Assembly: GCA_964399555.1 (NCBI GenBank)
Contig: CAYNRM010000002.1
Coordinates: 4,071-30,859 of the forward strand
Origin: an uncultured Gammaproteobacteria bacterium
GTDB taxonomy: Bacteria; Patescibacteriota; Microgenomatia; Daviesbacterales; UBA10151
Length of the DNA: 26,789 bases
Direction: 5' to 3'
Shown piece after piece: positions 25,742-26,789 of this stretch; the first letter of the stretch is position 1, and each line of letters starts with the position of its first letter. The notes under the pieces are model-generated. The model saw only the letters and a program-made list of their open reading frames with translations, did not search any database and was not told where the DNA came from. Both the position numbers and the translations under genes were made by a program.

Positions 25742-26789
25742 TTATGGCAATATATTATCATATGGGGACTGGTATTCTCTAAGTTTCTTAACTTTGAGAC
25801 CTATTAGAATTGTTAGGGCGATCGTTAGTGCTCCACCAAAAACTGCAGTCAAAGGCGCTCCAATAAACTGCGCTGTAAACCCTGCCTGCGCTTCTCCAGC
25901 CATCGGCCCTCCCTGCACAAACAGCGTATTAACCGCCACCATTCTTCCTTTAAGGTGATCAGGAGTCATAATTTGCCTCATCGTTGTTCTTAAAACCGCC
26001 GAAATCATATCTCCTACTCCCACCATAGTTAAAAACACCAAAGCCCAGAAGTATGATCCCGATAATCCAAAAAGCAATGTCGCCAACCCAAAAAGAATCA
26101 CTCCTCCCAGAATAAATAATCCCTGATTTTTAATATGATGGTAGGAAGCCATCACAAATCCGGCCACAGTTGAACCAATCGCTGGAGCTGCATACAAAAA
26201 TCCTAACCCTTGCGGTCCGATAGAAAAAACATCTTTAGCAAAAATTGGCAATAAAATTGTAGCTGATGAAAAAAAGTTGGCAATAAAATCAAGAGCCATA
26301 GAGTAAATCAAAACCGGGTTCGAGGTCACAAAAGTAATCCCGTCCCAAAGCGACTTGAAAGAAAACGAAACTTCACTCAAAACCTCATGCGCCTTAATCT
26401 GAATCGGGATTAAAGTCAGGATATAGATCAAAAATGTCACCGCATTAAAAAGATAAATTCCCTCAACCCCAAAATAAGCAATCATGAATCCTCCAAAAGC
26501 TGGCCCGATCATTAAAGACAACTGCCTGCTTATCGTCTGAAGCGAAAAAGCATTTACAAAATATTCCTTCGGAACCAATTGAGGGACAATTGATTGTCGT
26601 GCCGGACCCTGTAAACTTCTAAATCCGAATATAAAGAAAACCAAAATATAAATGTAGAGGGGAGTGATGGTTTTGTAAATAGTCATTCCCGCAAAAATCA
26701 AAGCTAATAATAAAGGCAAAATCTGCGACACAATTAATATCTTCTTCCTATCAAATTTATCAACAATTAATCCCGAAGGCAGTGAAAAA
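25742..26789 (-). CDS. MFS transporter (EntS/DHA3-like), truncated by the window edge
   Basis: The frame stays open to the window end and reads FSLPSGLIVDKFDRKK (MFS motif A), with PARQSIVPQLV, IGPAFGG, and TPDHLKGRMVAV. Confidence 0.9.
   Translation of the reverse strand, partial: FSLPSGLIVDKFDRKKILIVSQILPLLLALIFAGMTIYKTITPLYIYILVFFIFGFRSLQGPARQSIVPQLVPKEYFVNAFSLQTISRQLSLMIGPAFGGFMIAYFGVEGIYLFNAVTFLIYILTLIPIQIKAHEVLSEVSFSFKSLWDGITFVTSNPVLIYSMALDFIANFFSSATILLPIFAKDVFSIGPQGLGFLYAAPAIGSTVAGFVMASYHHIKNQGLFILGGVILFGLATLLFGLSGSYFWALVFLTMVGVGDMISAVLRTTMRQIMTPDHLKGRMVAVNTLFVQGGPMAGEAQAGFTAQFIGAPLTAVFGGALTIALTILIGLKVKKLREYQSPYDNILP

Noticed and set aside
23613-25958. ORFs 23613-23828, 23640-23846, 23795-24004, 24559-24804, 24866-25363 and 25530-25958
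   Set aside because: They overlap better-supported genes and have no recognisable motifs.
1-26789. tRNA, rRNA, CRISPR array, IS element, integrase or intron
   Set aside because: Intergenic gaps are too short, no regular repeat-spacer pattern or mobile-element protein is present, and no gene appears interrupted. This was judged by eye only.

Overview
This is a gene-dense, mostly AT-rich bacterial window. The housekeeping genes (DUF4446/DUF3048 pair, wHTH-NTase gene, split secD/secF, archaeal-type non-discriminating AspRS, short RecJ, S11 carboxypeptidase, gltX) suggest a Patescibacteria/CPR genome, probably Microgenomates; this is an inference from gene content, not a database result. The standout region (11.7-20.2 kb) is a tightly coupled nine-gene operon for the whole shikimate pathway plus the Phe/Tyr branch: DAHP synthase, a prephenate dehydrogenase-dehydratase fusion, chorismate mutase, aroB, aroA, aroK, aroE, aroD and aroC. 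It is preceded by a 21-codon leader ORF absent from the ORF track (MKKHSNWFSFTYFYFRKEEAS, 7 aromatic codons in a 9-codon stretch) and by mutually exclusive antiterminator and terminator hairpins. This looks like a ribosome-mediated attenuator sensing Trp, Phe and Tyr together. Several genes also have a -10 box only 6-10 nt before the ATG, which suggests frequent leaderless transcripts. I saw no rRNA, tRNA, CRISPR array or mobile element.
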